From IMG/VR virus record IMGVR_UViG_3300033998_000186, positions 1 through 52,002 of that record: a DNA stretch of 52,002 bases; one strand, given 5' to 3'. A model generated the notes under the pieces. The model was given only the letters and a program-made list of their open reading frames with translations. It had not been told where the DNA came from and searched no databases. Below are positions 9,901 through 20,084 of this stretch, in pieces. Positions within the stretch are counted from its first letter, which is position 1, and every line of letters begins with the position of its first letter. The position numbers and the translations under genes are program-made. This DNA is from a virus. Taxonomy: Duplodnaviria > Caudoviricetes.

Positions 9901-11970
9901 ATGGCTACAGTTACATCAACGTTAAAAATGATAGATGCTATGACAGGGCCGTTAAAGCGCGTAACACAAAGTATGGACCTAATGGTTTCCGCTATGTATG
10001 ATATGCAGAAGGCTGCGAATACCAACGTTAACATAGATAAAACATTGAGCGCTGCTAAACAACAATTAGCGATAGCAGAAAGCGAGATAAGGCAAGGGAT
10101 AAACGAATCTACGGCGGCACAGCAGAGCTTCAATAAAAGTGTGGCTCAGGCGCCAACGCAATTCAATAAATTACTTTCAAGCGTAAAAACAATGGCGGCT
10201 ACGTATCTGTCAATGCAGGGAGCGCAAGCCATAGCGCGCATTACTGATGAATATGTGAATACCCAATCACGTCTCAATTTAATAAATGATGGACTTCAAA
10301 CGACATTGCAGCTTCAAGATAAAATATTTGCAGCGGCGAACAGATCACGCGGGGCTTATAGCGCTATGGCTGATACAGTTGGTAAACTGGGCCTGCTAGC
10401 CGGAAATGCTTTTAAGAATAATGATGAACTCATAACCTTTACTGAGCTTATGCAAAAGAGCTTTAAGGTGAGCGGCGCATCTGCCCAGGAAGCCGAAGCG
10501 GCCATGTATCAATTAACTCAGGCGATGGCTTCAGGAAGGCTGCAAGGCGATGAGTTTAGGTCCATTATGGAAAACGCTCCAATGCTGGCCGACGCGATAG
10601 CAAAGTATACTAAAACATCTAAAGCACAGCTGCGAGAGATGTCGCGTGAAGGCACAATCACATCGGATATAATCAAAAACGCGATGTTCTCAGCCGCTGA
10701 TGATATTAACAAGAAATTTGAGAGTATGCCCCGGACTTTTGGTGACGTTGCGAACAGTATAAAAAATAATGCGCTGCAAGCCTTTGGGCCTGTCTTAACG
10801 CAAATAAACCAATTCTTAAATTCATCTGCCGGCATAAGCTTTGTTAATGGCATTAATCAGGCATTATCCATTACTGCTACGCTGGCTGGATATTTAGTCA
10901 CCGGATTAACTAACTTGTTTAGCTTGATTACTACGTATTGGCCATATATAGCAGGCGCGTTGGCAGCAGTGGCGGCTTATTATCTGCCTACTATAATCAC
11001 GCAGTTATGGAGTATGGTGGCCCCGATACTAAAAGTAGCAGGCGCATGGGCATTGGCGAACTGGCCCATATTGGTAATGGCTATTGCTATCGGTGCAGCG
11101 ATATACGTATTAAACCAGTTGGGCATTACGGCAGATCAGGTATTCGGCTTTATAGGCGGTACTATAGCAATGCTGGTGTCGTATGTCTATAATGTGGTGG
11201 CTGAAATATGGAATGTTATAGTCAGCTTTGCCGAATTTTTGGTAAATGTGTTTATAGACCCTGTATATGCTGTCAAAAAACTGGTATATGACTTGCAAAT
11301 GGCGTTTCTTCAATTTGCGCTTAATGCCAATAAAGGCATTGAAGCATTTGTGAATAATTTTGTTTCTACGTTTGCAAAGGGGATAAACTTAGTTGTCAAA
11401 GGAATAAATTGGCTTATAGATGCCTTGAATAAAATACCGGGATTTAATATCGGCAAAATTGGCGAGGTGTCAGCTTCTTCAAAAGTTAATCTGACATCCG
11501 GTATACAAGCGATGATTAATTCACTTGAGCCGCCTAAATCGGATAAGAATGTAGTTAATTTTGATAAAGCTAAGCTAGCATATATAGATGGTGCCAAAGC
11601 GTTTCAAAAAGGATATGACTGGACATCGAATGCTTATAAAGATGTTGCCGGTGCATTAAAAGGCATAGGCAAAAGCACGGCGTCTCCAGTAGCTCCTGCG
11701 GCAGTTAAGGCACCCAATATAGACAAAGTCGGTAAAGTAGATAAAGTCGGCAAGGTCGATGATACAGTGGATATATCCAGCGAAGACTTAAAAGCTTTAC
11801 GAGATTTGGCTGAAATGAAAAGCATACAAAACTTTGTCACTTTAACACCTGTAGTAAGAGTTACAACCGGGCCTATAAGCAAAGACGTGGACGTGGATAC
11901 AGTAATAAAACGCATAGAGCAGTCGCTTGAAAGCGAGATAGCTATATCAGCCCAGGGGGTGTATTCATAA
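9901..11970 (+). CDS. Tape measure protein
   Basis: QLTQAMASGRLQGDEFRSIMENAP tape-measure domain and hydrophobic middle; ATG 9901 after AGGTGAGG. Confidence 0.92.
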   Translation: MATVTSTLKMIDAMTGPLKRVTQSMDLMVSAMYDMQKAANTNVNIDKTLSAAKQQLAIAESEIRQGINESTAAQQSFNKSVAQAPTQFNKLLSSVKTMAATYLSMQGAQAIARITDEYVNTQSRLNLINDGLQTTLQLQDKIFAAANRSRGAYSAMADTVGKLGLLAGNAFKNNDELITFTELMQKSFKVSGASAQEAEAAMYQLTQAMASGRLQGDEFRSIMENAPMLADAIAKYTKTSKAQLREMSREGTITSDIIKNAMFSAADDINKKFESMPRTFGDVANSIKNNALQAFGPVLTQINQFLNSSAGISFVNGINQALSITATLAGYLVTGLTNLFSLITTYWPYIAGALAAVAAYYLPTIITQLWSMVAPILKVAGAWALANWPILVMAIAIGAAIYVLNQLGITADQVFGFIGGTIAMLVSYVYNVVAEIWNVIVSFAEFLVNVFIDPVYAVKKLVYDLQMAFLQFALNANKGIEAFVNNFVSTFAKGINLVVKGINWLIDALNKIPGFNIGKIGEVSASSKVNLTSGIQAMINSLEPPKSDKNVVNFDKAKLAYIDGAKAFQKGYDWTSNAYKDVAGALKGIGKSTASPVAPAAVKAPNIDKVGKVDKVGKVDDTVDISSEDLKALRDLAEMKSIQNFVTLTPVVRVTTGPISKDVDVDTVIKRIEQSLESEIAISAQGVYS

Positions 11971-12641
11971 TGGATGATTACGGCATATATCTCAGTGTGG
12001 GAGATGGCAAGGAAGGATTCCAAATACCGGTTAATCCTGCGCAGATAGAGATAAAAGAAGCCGGGCAGGGCGAGACATATACAATAATATCGCTTGGTGA
12101 AATAAACGTGATTAAAGAGGCAAAATTGAGCGAAATTAGCTTTGAAAGTTTTTTCCCAGCACAGCAGTATCCATTTGTTATAACTGATACATTGCTTGAG
12201 CCTATACAATACGTCAATATGATTAAAAAATGGATAGAAGGGCAGCAGGTAGTGCGCTTTATAATGACTGGTACAAATGATATCAATATGACCGTTTCTA
12301 TAGAAGATTTTACATGGCGGGAAAAAGCGGGGGCGGTAGGCGATCTGGAGTATGAGCTGTCATTGAAGAAATATGTTTATTATGCGCCCAAAAAAGCAAC
12401 AATTCAAAAAAGCAGCAACAGCCAAACTAAAGCGTCAGTACCAACTAAAAGCACTAGGCCAAATACAAGCAAAACGCCTTCAACCTATACGCTCAAGAAG
12501 GGTGACACGTTGTGGAGCATAGCGCAAAAGTATTTAGGCAGCGGCACGCGCTGGCGTGAAATAGCTAACTTAAACGGCATATCTGATGCGCAAACGCGCA
12601 AGCTGCCTATTGGGCTAGTAGTTAAGCTGCCTGCAAAGTAG
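11970..12641 (+). CDS. LysM-containing tail tube initiator (XkdP-like)
   Basis: PVNP, FESFFP, C-terminal LysM YTLKKGDTLWSIAQKYLG. Confidence 0.9.
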   Translation: MDDYGIYLSVGDGKEGFQIPVNPAQIEIKEAGQGETYTIISLGEINVIKEAKLSEISFESFFPAQQYPFVITDTLLEPIQYVNMIKKWIEGQQVVRFIMTGTNDINMTVSIEDFTWREKAGAVGDLEYELSLKKYVYYAPKKATIQKSSNSQTKASVPTKSTRPNTSKTPSTYTLKKGDTLWSIAQKYLGSGTRWREIANLNGISDAQTRKLPIGLVVKLPAK

Positions 12642-12649
12642 GTGATATA

Positions 12650-13609
12650 TTGCTTGAAATATTGCTGGATAACAGAGACGGCGTTATATGGGATATATCT
12701 GAGCTTGTATCGTCAGTATCATGGCAAACAACGCGTATAGGCAAGCCCAGCAAGCTTAGTTTGACTTTGATTAAAGATACTGATAAGAAGCTAAAGGTTG
12801 AAACGGGCGCGGTGATACGCGTTAAAGCTGATGATAAAGGCATTTTTTATGGCTATGTGTTCACAAAAGAACAAAGTCAAAAAGATGAGATAACGCTTAC
12901 TGCATATGACCAAATACGCTATTTGCAAGCTAACGATACTTACGTATTTACCGGTGCAACTGCTACAGATATTATAAAGCGTATCGCATCTGGTTTTGAG
13001 CTTAAAGCCGGAACGCTTGAAGATACGCGCTACAAAATACCTTCCATGGTGGAAGATAACCAGAAGCTGCTTGACATCGTCTATAAAGCTTTGGACTTAA
13101 CACTAATTAACACAGGCCAGATATATGTGTTCTATGACGATTTTGGCTCATTAATGCTGAAGAATGCAAAAAACATGGCGCTTAATATCATAATAGGCGA
13201 CGAGAGTTTGCTATATGAATATAGCTATAAGCGAAGCATAGATGATGATGTCTACAACCGGGTTAAACTGGTTAAAAACAATAAAGACACCGGCAAGAGG
13301 GATGTATATATTGCGCAGGATAGCGCCAATATGGCTAAATGGGGCAGACTGCAATTATATCAGACAGTTGATGAAGGATTAAATGAGGCACAGATTAAAG
13401 AGCAGTTAGACAGGCTTATACAGCTTAAAAATCGGGAGCAAATAAAGTTCAATTTAACCGCATTAGGTGATACCTCAGTTAGAGCAGGATGCTATATTCC
13501 GATATTTTTAAGCGAGCTTAGTATTGGCAAATACTTTTTAGTGGAAGAATGCACGCATAAATGGGAAGGCAAGCTTTATACAATGTCTTTGGAAGTGAAG
13601 GTGATTTAA
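12650..13609 (+). CDS. Baseplate hub (XkdQ-like)
   Basis: TAYDQIRYL, YDDFGSL, KWGRLQLY. Confidence 0.88.
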   Translation: MLEILLDNRDGVIWDISELVSSVSWQTTRIGKPSKLSLTLIKDTDKKLKVETGAVIRVKADDKGIFYGYVFTKEQSQKDEITLTAYDQIRYLQANDTYVFTGATATDIIKRIASGFELKAGTLEDTRYKIPSMVEDNQKLLDIVYKALDLTLINTGQIYVFYDDFGSLMLKNAKNMALNIIIGDESLLYEYSYKRSIDDDVYNRVKLVKNNKDTGKRDVYIAQDSANMAKWGRLQLYQTVDEGLNEAQIKEQLDRLIQLKNREQIKFNLTALGDTSVRAGCYIPIFLSELSIGKYFLVEECTHKWEGKLYTMSLEVKVI

Positions 13610-13854
13610 TGGCATTGCTCGAGACGATAAAAAAAGCTGGATTAGGCGCTATAGACGCTACTAATCCGGTTAATGTTTTATTTGGCACTGTTACAAGTGT
13701 TCAGCCGCTTAAAATAAACGTTGAACAGCGCTTTGTATTGCACAAAGATAACTTAGTCATATTAAAGCATTACGAGCCTGCTGCGGGAGATAAAGTTATA
13801 TTGCTCCGAGTGCAAGGCGGACAGCAATATGTAGTTATAGGTAAGGTGGTGTGA
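13609..13854 (+). CDS. XkdR-like (DUF2577) baseplate spike protein
   Basis: GTVTSVQPLKI...GDKVILLRVQGGQQYVV; start coupled to upstream stop. Confidence 0.82.
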   Translation: MALLETIKKAGLGAIDATNPVNVLFGTVTSVQPLKINVEQRFVLHKDNLVILKHYEPAAGDKVILLRVQGGQQYVVIGKVV

Positions 13855-13855
13855 C

Positions 13856-14263
13856 ATGATACTACCGGACAGCATAATTGCGCCAGATGATGGCGCCATA
13901 AACGCTGAGGCTGCGGCAGATAAGACATATAAGATAGATTTCGGCAAAGAGCGCATAATGGGCTATGCGGATGGCATAGAAGCAGTTAAACAAGCGGTGG
14001 AAAAGATATTGCTCACCGAACGATTTCAATACTTAATATATGATAGCGATTACGGCGTGGAACTAGAAAGTTTAATAGGCCAACCTCAAGGATACGTGAA
14101 AGCTGACATAAAAAGGCGTGTTACAGAGGCGTTAATGCAAGACGACAGAATAAAGAATGTAACTGATTTTGATATACAATTCGAAGGGGATATAGTTAAT
14201 GTGAGCTTTACAGTTATGTCGGCTTATGGCAATCTCAGCGAGGAAGTGAGTATAAATGTTTGA
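13856..14263 (+). CDS. XkdS-like (DUF2634) baseplate wedge protein
   Basis: AVKQAVEKILLTERFQYLIYDSDYGVEL. Confidence 0.88.
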   Translation: MILPDSIIAPDDGAINAEAAADKTYKIDFGKERIMGYADGIEAVKQAVEKILLTERFQYLIYDSDYGVELESLIGQPQGYVKADIKRRVTEALMQDDRIKNVTDFDIQFEGDIVNVSFTVMSAYGNLSEEVSINV

Positions 14264-15329
14264 GCAATACACATATGAAGCCATATTGCAGCAAATGCTT
14301 GATAATGTGCCAAACACTGTGGATAAAAGGCAAGGAAGCATTATATATGATGCCCTGGCGCCTGCTGCGATTGAACTGGCACAGATGTATTCGGATTTGG
14401 ACGTGATAATCAGGCTGGCATTTGCAGATACATCAAGCGGCGAATATTTAACCCGGCGTGCTGCTGAAATAGCTATTATCAGGAAATCAGCTACTAAAGC
14501 CCGCAAGAAAGGTCTTTTTTATGATAGCAATAATGCATTGATGGATGTTCCTATAGGCTCACGGTTCAGAATTGATGATCTGGTTTTTAAAGCAATTAGC
14601 AAGCTGGATGATGGCTTTGAGATGGAATGCGAAACAGCAGGCACAATAGGTAATGCCCCAGCAGGCGATATGCTTCCTATAGATTATATAAACGGTTTGA
14701 GCAGAGCCATACTTGCGGACATCATAGAAAGCGGCGCAGATGAAGAAGACGATGAAAGCTTAAGACAGCGATATTTCGATAACTTGCGTGGCCAAGCGTT
14801 CGGTGGCAATATAGCAGACTACAAACAAAAAGTGCTTGCTATAGAAGGCATTACAGCAGTGAAAGTTTATCCGGTATGGAATGGCCCGGGTACTGTAAAA
14901 CTTGTTATATTAGGAGCGGATTATCTTCCGGCAGCCACAGGGCTTGTTGACAGGGTACAAGAGCTTGTGGATCCGCCCCCTCAAGGCGAAGGGTACGGCA
15001 TCGCGCCTATTGGCCATATTGTAACTGTTCAAAGCGCCGCTGCCGCGACTGTTAATGTTGAAACTACATTAACTCTTGATACCGGATATACAATAGAGAG
15101 CATATTGTCAAGCGTTACTGTCAAATTGGAAAGTTATTTAGATGAACTTCGCCAAGGGTGGCAGAACTCAGGCCCTATTATAGTGCGTATAGCATTGATA
15201 GAAGCTCGCGTGCTGGAAGTCCCAGGCATTCTTGATATAACAGATACAAAGATAAACGGCAATCCAGCTAATATGGCACTAACAGATGATCAAGTGCCGG
15301 TTTTGGGGCAGGTGACGCTTAATGCCTGA
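14256..15329 (+). CDS. Baseplate J-like protein (XkdT-like)
   Basis: DKRQGSIIYDALAP, GADEEDDESLRQRY, GGNIADY, PVWNGPGTV. Confidence 0.92.
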   Translation: MFEQYTYEAILQQMLDNVPNTVDKRQGSIIYDALAPAAIELAQMYSDLDVIIRLAFADTSSGEYLTRRAAEIAIIRKSATKARKKGLFYDSNNALMDVPIGSRFRIDDLVFKAISKLDDGFEMECETAGTIGNAPAGDMLPIDYINGLSRAILADIIESGADEEDDESLRQRYFDNLRGQAFGGNIADYKQKVLAIEGITAVKVYPVWNGPGTVKLVILGADYLPAATGLVDRVQELVDPPPQGEGYGIAPIGHIVTVQSAAAATVNVETTLTLDTGYTIESILSSVTVKLESYLDELRQGWQNSGPIIVRIALIEARVLEVPGILDITDTKINGNPANMALTDDQVPVLGQVTLNA

Positions 15330-15864
15330 TGATATTAGGGAATATTGGGTTGAAGAAATAGCAAATTTATTGGAATTTGACTTACTGGCTGATATAGAAA
15401 ATTCTGAACTTAATAAAGTTAAACAAGCAATTGATGATTTGTTAAATGACCAATTCATAGAAACTGCTACTGAATACGGGATTGCAAAGCGTGAGGCAAT
15501 ATTGGATATTATTCCATATGGCGACGATACGCTTGAGACAAGGCGATTCCGAGTAGTAGGCAAATGGATGAATAGGCTACCATATACTATGCGCATGTTG
15601 CAGGAAAGGCTTGATGCTTTGTTAGGCGCTGGATGTTATGAAATAACACTGCATAAAGAACCATATACTTTACAAATTAAAATAGAGCTTATCGCCAAGC
15701 GGCAATTTGAAGCAGCACAAAATATGATAAGCGAGATAGCGCCGGCCAATTTAAAGCTTATAGTTGAACTGCGCTATAACCAGCATATCAAGCTTAGCAA
15801 TTTAACCCACGGGGCCATGAGCTCTTATACTCACGCCGCTTTAAGAGAGGAGGCTTTTAATTGA
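15322..15864 (+). CDS. XkdU/YmfQ-like baseplate wedge protein
   Basis: QFIETATEYGIAKRE...TLETRRFRV...PANL. Confidence 0.82.
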   Translation: MPDDIREYWVEEIANLLEFDLLADIENSELNKVKQAIDDLLNDQFIETATEYGIAKREAILDIIPYGDDTLETRRFRVVGKWMNRLPYTMRMLQERLDALLGAGCYEITLHKEPYTLQIKIELIAKRQFEAAQNMISEIAPANLKLIVELRYNQHIKLSNLTHGAMSSYTHAALREEAFN

Positions 15865-17930
15865 ATACAACACCTAAATTAGGACTAAGAAAGCCAGCGC
15901 AAGAAGATTTCTATAATGTTGACGATTTCAACTATAACGCTGACATTATAGATGTTAATGCTGATATGGTAAATACGGAACTCGCAAAACGCATAATTAA
16001 TGTTGGTAATACCCCATCTATCCAATCCGGCCTAGACGCGGAAAAGCCGGTGGCTGGCACGCTGGGCAGGCTGTATATTGCTACTGATACGCAGATAATA
16101 TACAGAGATAACGGTTCGACATGGGTAAAAGTTGGCGTTGTGAGGTGGAACGATATAGATGGTAAGCCCACTACATTCACACCAAGCGCACATACTCATG
16201 CTGGAACAGACATAACGTCAAAGGTATCATCTGCGGCTTCGGCTGATAGCGTACCTTGGTCTGGTGTTAGCGGCAAACCCGCTACATTTACGCCGTCTGC
16301 CCACAAATCCACTCATGCGACCGGTGGCAGCGATGCATTGACCGCATCTGATATAGGCGCTGAAACGCCAACTGGTGCTCAAGCCAAAGTAGATGCTCAT
16401 GCTGCAATCACCGTACAAACTGGTATTCACGGATTGCGATATTACAACGATATCCTGCAATTTTTTAATGGTACTGAATGGATTGAAATTGAAACAGGAG
16501 GTGGTGGAGTTCCGCCGTCTAATGTAATAAATCCAACAATTAGTATTGGGAATGGACAACTTACAATTAAGTGGACTGACCCAAACGATACTGTAATTGA
16601 TGGTCAACTGATATCAACATGGGCGGGAACAAAGCTTGTAAGGAAGGTGGGAAGCTTTCCTGTTAATGAAAAGGACGGGATACTTCTTGTTGATAATAAA
16701 GTAAGAGGCGCTTATGCTATCAATGGATTTGTTGATACTGGATTAACTAATGGTACAACTTATTATTATCAATTGTTTCCTTACAACGATTTAGGTGCAG
16801 TCAATAGAAACGTTGCAAACAGACTTTCAGCCACACCACAGCCCTTTAAAATCTTTGGTGTTAGGATTGACCTTACTAACAGTAATCCAGCATCAGCAGT
16901 AACTTATACTGATGATGCAGTTGGAATGACTGCCGGTTCTTCTGCATGGGATAGTATGGCAATATTCAAGGACATAAAACCTTGTGTACTTAAAAATGGT
17001 GTTGTTCAGTATTATTTGAATCCAAATGATTTTACCAAGAAGGCTGATGGAAGTGCTGCTGACATAACGTCAGGTAATGATGGGGATGTAATGATTGAGA
17101 TTCCAAAGACAGGATTCAGCATCACAACTAATGGTAATTACATTGATGTAAAGGTAACGGATAATCCAAACAACGCTGCTTTTAAATATTATGCACATTC
17201 CAGGGCTGCTGAAGGGGATAGACAAAAGCTTTATATTGGTGCATACAAAGGTTATAAAGACGGTTCAAATAAACTTCGTTCTTTGAGCGGTAAAGCACCA
17301 ACTGTAAGCCAAACCATTGGAACATTTAGAAGCCAAGCACAAGCTAATGGAAGCGGATATGACATGCTTTCTTTCTATCCTCTAACATTGATACAATGCT
17401 TGTACTTGATTAAATATAAAAATCTTGATTCACAAACCGCTCTTGGGCAGGGTTATGTTGGCGGAACTGCTGCACAAAATACAGGTGCGACTAATTCCAG
17501 CGGGATGTGTTATGGTAGTACAAGCACAACCAGCAGAGTAAAATTATTTGGTATTGAAGATTTCTGGGGGAATATATGGGAATGGATTGATGGATTATAC
17601 AGTGATGCAAGCAGAAACATATTAACAGCTTTTCAGAACTTTAACGATACTGGGAACGGATATACAAACAGAGGACAGGGCGCAACAGCAGATATTGGCG
17701 GATATATGAGCAAACCGCAAGGGACAAGCGAGTCTGGATTCGTCATTAAAGAAGCTGCTGGCTCGAGCACGACTTATTTCGCGGATTATGCGTATTTGTC
17801 TGCTGGCTGTTTGCCTTTTTTCGGCGGTGATTGGGATAATGGTACTTATGCGGGTGCCTTTCGTCTTAGTGTGTACTATTCCGCGTCGTATTCTTTTGCG
17901 AACGTTGGCGCTCGCTTGATGTACCTATAA
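15861..17930 (+). CDS. Tail fibre / receptor-binding protein, DGR target with C-terminal CLec-like variable domain
   Basis: N-terminal TPKLGL.KP; GKP.TF.PSAH repeats; FN3-like LTNGTTYYY; GIEDFWGNIWEWIDG and GG.W..G..AG.F...VGARL C-terminus typical of DGR targets. Confidence 0.88.
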   Translation: MNTTPKLGLRKPAQEDFYNVDDFNYNADIIDVNADMVNTELAKRIINVGNTPSIQSGLDAEKPVAGTLGRLYIATDTQIIYRDNGSTWVKVGVVRWNDIDGKPTTFTPSAHTHAGTDITSKVSSAASADSVPWSGVSGKPATFTPSAHKSTHATGGSDALTASDIGAETPTGAQAKVDAHAAITVQTGIHGLRYYNDILQFFNGTEWIEIETGGGGVPPSNVINPTISIGNGQLTIKWTDPNDTVIDGQLISTWAGTKLVRKVGSFPVNEKDGILLVDNKVRGAYAINGFVDTGLTNGTTYYYQLFPYNDLGAVNRNVANRLSATPQPFKIFGVRIDLTNSNPASAVTYTDDAVGMTAGSSAWDSMAIFKDIKPCVLKNGVVQYYLNPNDFTKKADGSAADITSGNDGDVMIEIPKTGFSITTNGNYIDVKVTDNPNNAAFKYYAHSRAAEGDRQKLYIGAYKGYKDGSNKLRSLSGKAPTVSQTIGTFRSQAQANGSGYDMLSFYPLTLIQCLYLIKYKNLDSQTALGQGYVGGTAAQNTGATNSSGMCYGSTSTTSRVKLFGIEDFWGNIWEWIDGLYSDASRNILTAFQNFNDTGNGYTNRGQGATADIGGYMSKPQGTSESGFVIKEAAGSSTTYFADYAYLSAGCLPFFGGDWDNGTYAGAFRLSVYYSASYSFANVGARLMYL
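17784..17921 (+). repeat. DGR variable repeat (VR)
   Basis: 138-nt ungapped alignment to 17973-18110; 28 mismatches, all opposite TR adenines. Confidence 0.95.
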
Positions 17931-17972
17931 ACTTAATATGGGCAACTAATTTAGGTGGAAATATACACATAA

Positions 17973-18110
17973 GATTATACGAATTTGTATACTAGCTATT
18001 TACCTATTTTCAGCAGTAATTGGAATAATGGTACTAATGCAGGTACCTTTCATCTTAATGTGAACAATTCCACGTCGAATTCTAATGCGAACATTGGCAC
18101 TCACTAAATG
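17973..18110 (+). repeat. DGR template repeat (TR)
   Basis: Non-coding AAT/AAC-rich copy of VR with an in-frame TAA; bracketed by complementary gggcaac (17940-17946) and gttgccc (18133-18139). Confidence 0.95.
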
Positions 18111-18147
18111 TTTTTAAGAAAAAAGTGCTTTGGTTGCCCTGCCACAA

Positions 18148-18267
18148 GGATGGCTGAAATGGTGCGATAGTTATAGACTTTCAAAGAAGTATGTTAAACC
18201 AATCCAAAAGTATTTAGATGATTATTATAATACAAAAATTAAAAGAAAGAAGGTTGTACAGACATGA
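18148..18267 (+). pseudogene. C-terminal remnant of a DGR reverse transcriptase
   Basis: Startless frame GWLKWCDSYRLSKKYVKPIQKYLDDYYNTKIKRKKVVQT*; resembles the SY.GWL..CDSY.L thumb motif of DGR RTs; its stop overlaps the next ATG (ATGA). Confidence 0.7.
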
Positions 18268-18533
18268 AGGATATAGGAATTGTATTTGGTAGCGCTAAAC
18301 AGGCTGTCCCTTTGATTGTTGGCAAAGATACTGTTTATGTCCATTCTGACATTCAGCAGATTTTAGAAGATAACGAAGGAAAGCCTGTTACTAATTTGTT
18401 TCAGTATCACGAAATCCAATATGATAAGGATGAATATATCAAACTTATAGCAGAAAAAAATGCGGATTTGGGACGTCAATTAACCGATACGCAGCTTGCT
18501 TTAGTTGAAATCTATGAAAGCGTGGTGGTATAG
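18264..18533 (+). CDS. Hypothetical tail-fibre-associated protein
   Basis: ORF ending QLTDTQLALVEIYE, typical of genes preceding XkdX/CD1375-like genes. Confidence 0.7.
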   Translation: MKDIGIVFGSAKQAVPLIVGKDTVYVHSDIQQILEDNEGKPVTNLFQYHEIQYDKDEYIKLIAEKNADLGRQLTDTQLALVEIYESVVV

Positions 18534-18641
18534 ATGGCAAAAATTTATGCTTATTTAATTCTAAAAGGACTTAAAACTCTTGACGATGTTCCTGAAATAA
18601 TTAGAGCCGAAGTGCAAGCAATATTGGATAATGAGGCTTAA
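18534..18641 (+). CDS. CD1375/XkdX-like small protein (35 aa)
   Basis: Manual translation MAKIYAYLILKGLKTLDDVPEIIRAEVQAILDNEA*. Confidence 0.75.
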   Translation: MAKIYAYLILKGLKTLDDVPEIIRAEVQAILDNEA

Positions 18642-18680
18642 GGCCACTTGAATAATTTATGACAGAAAGGATAACGGCCG

Positions 18681-18941
18681 ATGAGTGAAAATGAGTGGTA
18701 CGACAACAAACAGCTTTATGAAATGCTGCAAGACGTCAAAAGCGATATAGCAGTAATGCGCAAAGAAATGGCCGAGACGCGGACACTGATAAGAGACTAC
18801 AATGGATTGCGCGAAAAAGTAGACGAAACATGTGAGAGAATCGGCAAAGTAGAAAGCTCTATGACTACAATAAAATGGCTCATACCAATAATCATAACAG
18901 GTATGGGCCTTGTTTTTACATTTTTGAATTTCATAAAGTGA
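18681..18941 (+). CDS. XhlA-like lysis accessory membrane protein
   Basis: Coiled coil plus one C-terminal TM helix, upstream of endolysin. Confidence 0.6.
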   Translation: MSENEWYDNKQLYEMLQDVKSDIAVMRKEMAETRTLIRDYNGLREKVDETCERIGKVESSMTTIKWLIPIIITGMGLVFTFLNFIK

Positions 18942-18950
18942 GGCGATAAT

Positions 18951-19649
18951 ATGGCATATAGAATATTCATTGATCCGGGGCATGGTGGAAAAGACCCGGG
19001 GGCAATAGGGCCTACTGGATTAAAGGAAAAAGATGTTAACCTGGACATAGCAAAAAGGTTAGGGGAATTGCTCAAGGTAAATGGTATAATGGTAAACTAT
19101 ACTAGAACAACGGATATATTCGTTGACTTGGGAGAGAGGGCGGCCATAGCGAACCGTTGGGGCGCTAACTATTTCGTGAGTGTGCATTGCAATGCTTTTA
19201 CTGATAGACAAGCGAACGGAGTAGAAACATATTGCTATGACTTCGGCGGCGAGGGCGAGAAACTAGCTAGGAAGGTACAAGCCACCGTAGTCAAGGCGAC
19301 CGGATTAAAAAACCGGGCAGACGTAAAAAAAGCCGGATTTACGGTATTGGAAGAAACCGCCATGTCGGCAATATTGGTTGAGACGGCTTTTATTAGCAAT
19401 CCGGTCGAGGAGAAAAAGCTAGCGACGCCAGCTTTTAGGCAAACGGTAGCGGTAGCTATAGCGAAAGGTATATGCGAATATTTGGGCATAGGTTTTATCG
19501 AGGCAAAGCCGCCGGCTAAAGATGATAATGCGCCGGACGGTAAACTCTATAAAGTACAAGTAGGAGCTTTTAAGAACAAGGCTAACGCCGAGGCCTTGTT
19601 GCAAAAACTTAAAAAAGCCGGTTTCGACGGCTTTATAAAATTAGAATAG
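18951..19649 (+). CDS. Endolysin: N-acetylmuramoyl-L-alanine amidase (Amidase_3) with SPOR domain
   Basis: IDPGHGGKDPGA, E.D.NL, SVHCNA, ILVETAFISN; YKVQVGAF...A..L..AGF. Confidence 0.95.
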   Translation: MAYRIFIDPGHGGKDPGAIGPTGLKEKDVNLDIAKRLGELLKVNGIMVNYTRTTDIFVDLGERAAIANRWGANYFVSVHCNAFTDRQANGVETYCYDFGGEGEKLARKVQATVVKATGLKNRADVKKAGFTVLEETAMSAILVETAFISNPVEEKKLATPAFRQTVAVAIAKGICEYLGIGFIEAKPPAKDDNAPDGKLYKVQVGAFKNKANAEALLQKLKKAGFDGFIKLE

Positions 19650-19657
19650 GAGGTGAT

Positions 19658-19906
19658 ATGATGGAAGTTTATGATGTAGCTATAATTCCGCTTATTGTTG
19701 GCGTCGTGGAACTATTGAAACAATTGGGATTACCGACGAAATTCTCGGCGCTTGTTGCGGCAATTCTTGGGATAGTGATAGGCGTTGTATATGTGGCGCC
19801 GGGCGATATTCTACGTGGGTTATTAATAGGCCTGTCATTAGGGTTAGCCGCCAGCGGCCTATATAGCGGCGTCAAGAACACGATAGAGGGCGTAAAACAT
19901 GAATGA
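19658..19906 (+). CDS. Holin
   Basis: 82 aa, three hydrophobic segments, GLAASGLYS; follows endolysin. Confidence 0.85.
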   Translation: MMEVYDVAIIPLIVGVVELLKQLGLPTKFSALVAAILGIVIGVVYVAPGDILRGLLIGLSLGLAASGLYSGVKNTIEGVKHE

Positions 19907-20084
19907 GCAGATAGCGAACGCGGCCATAACCGAATTGGCCGACGTTTGGAATAAATATTGTGACGCGTTTGAAGAGCCGATCTACGGATCGTACGTTTTA
20001 TGGCACCTCAACAGGGTACAAAAGCTTATTTGGGATGAAATAACGGAGCAAAAACGCAAAACGCTCCCAGACGCTCATATTTAA
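19899..20084 (+). CDS. Hypothetical protein
   Basis: 61-aa ORF overlapping the holin end. Confidence 0.45.
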   Translation: MNEQIANAAITELADVWNKYCDAFEEPIYGSYVLWHLNRVQKLIWDEITEQKRKTLPDAHI

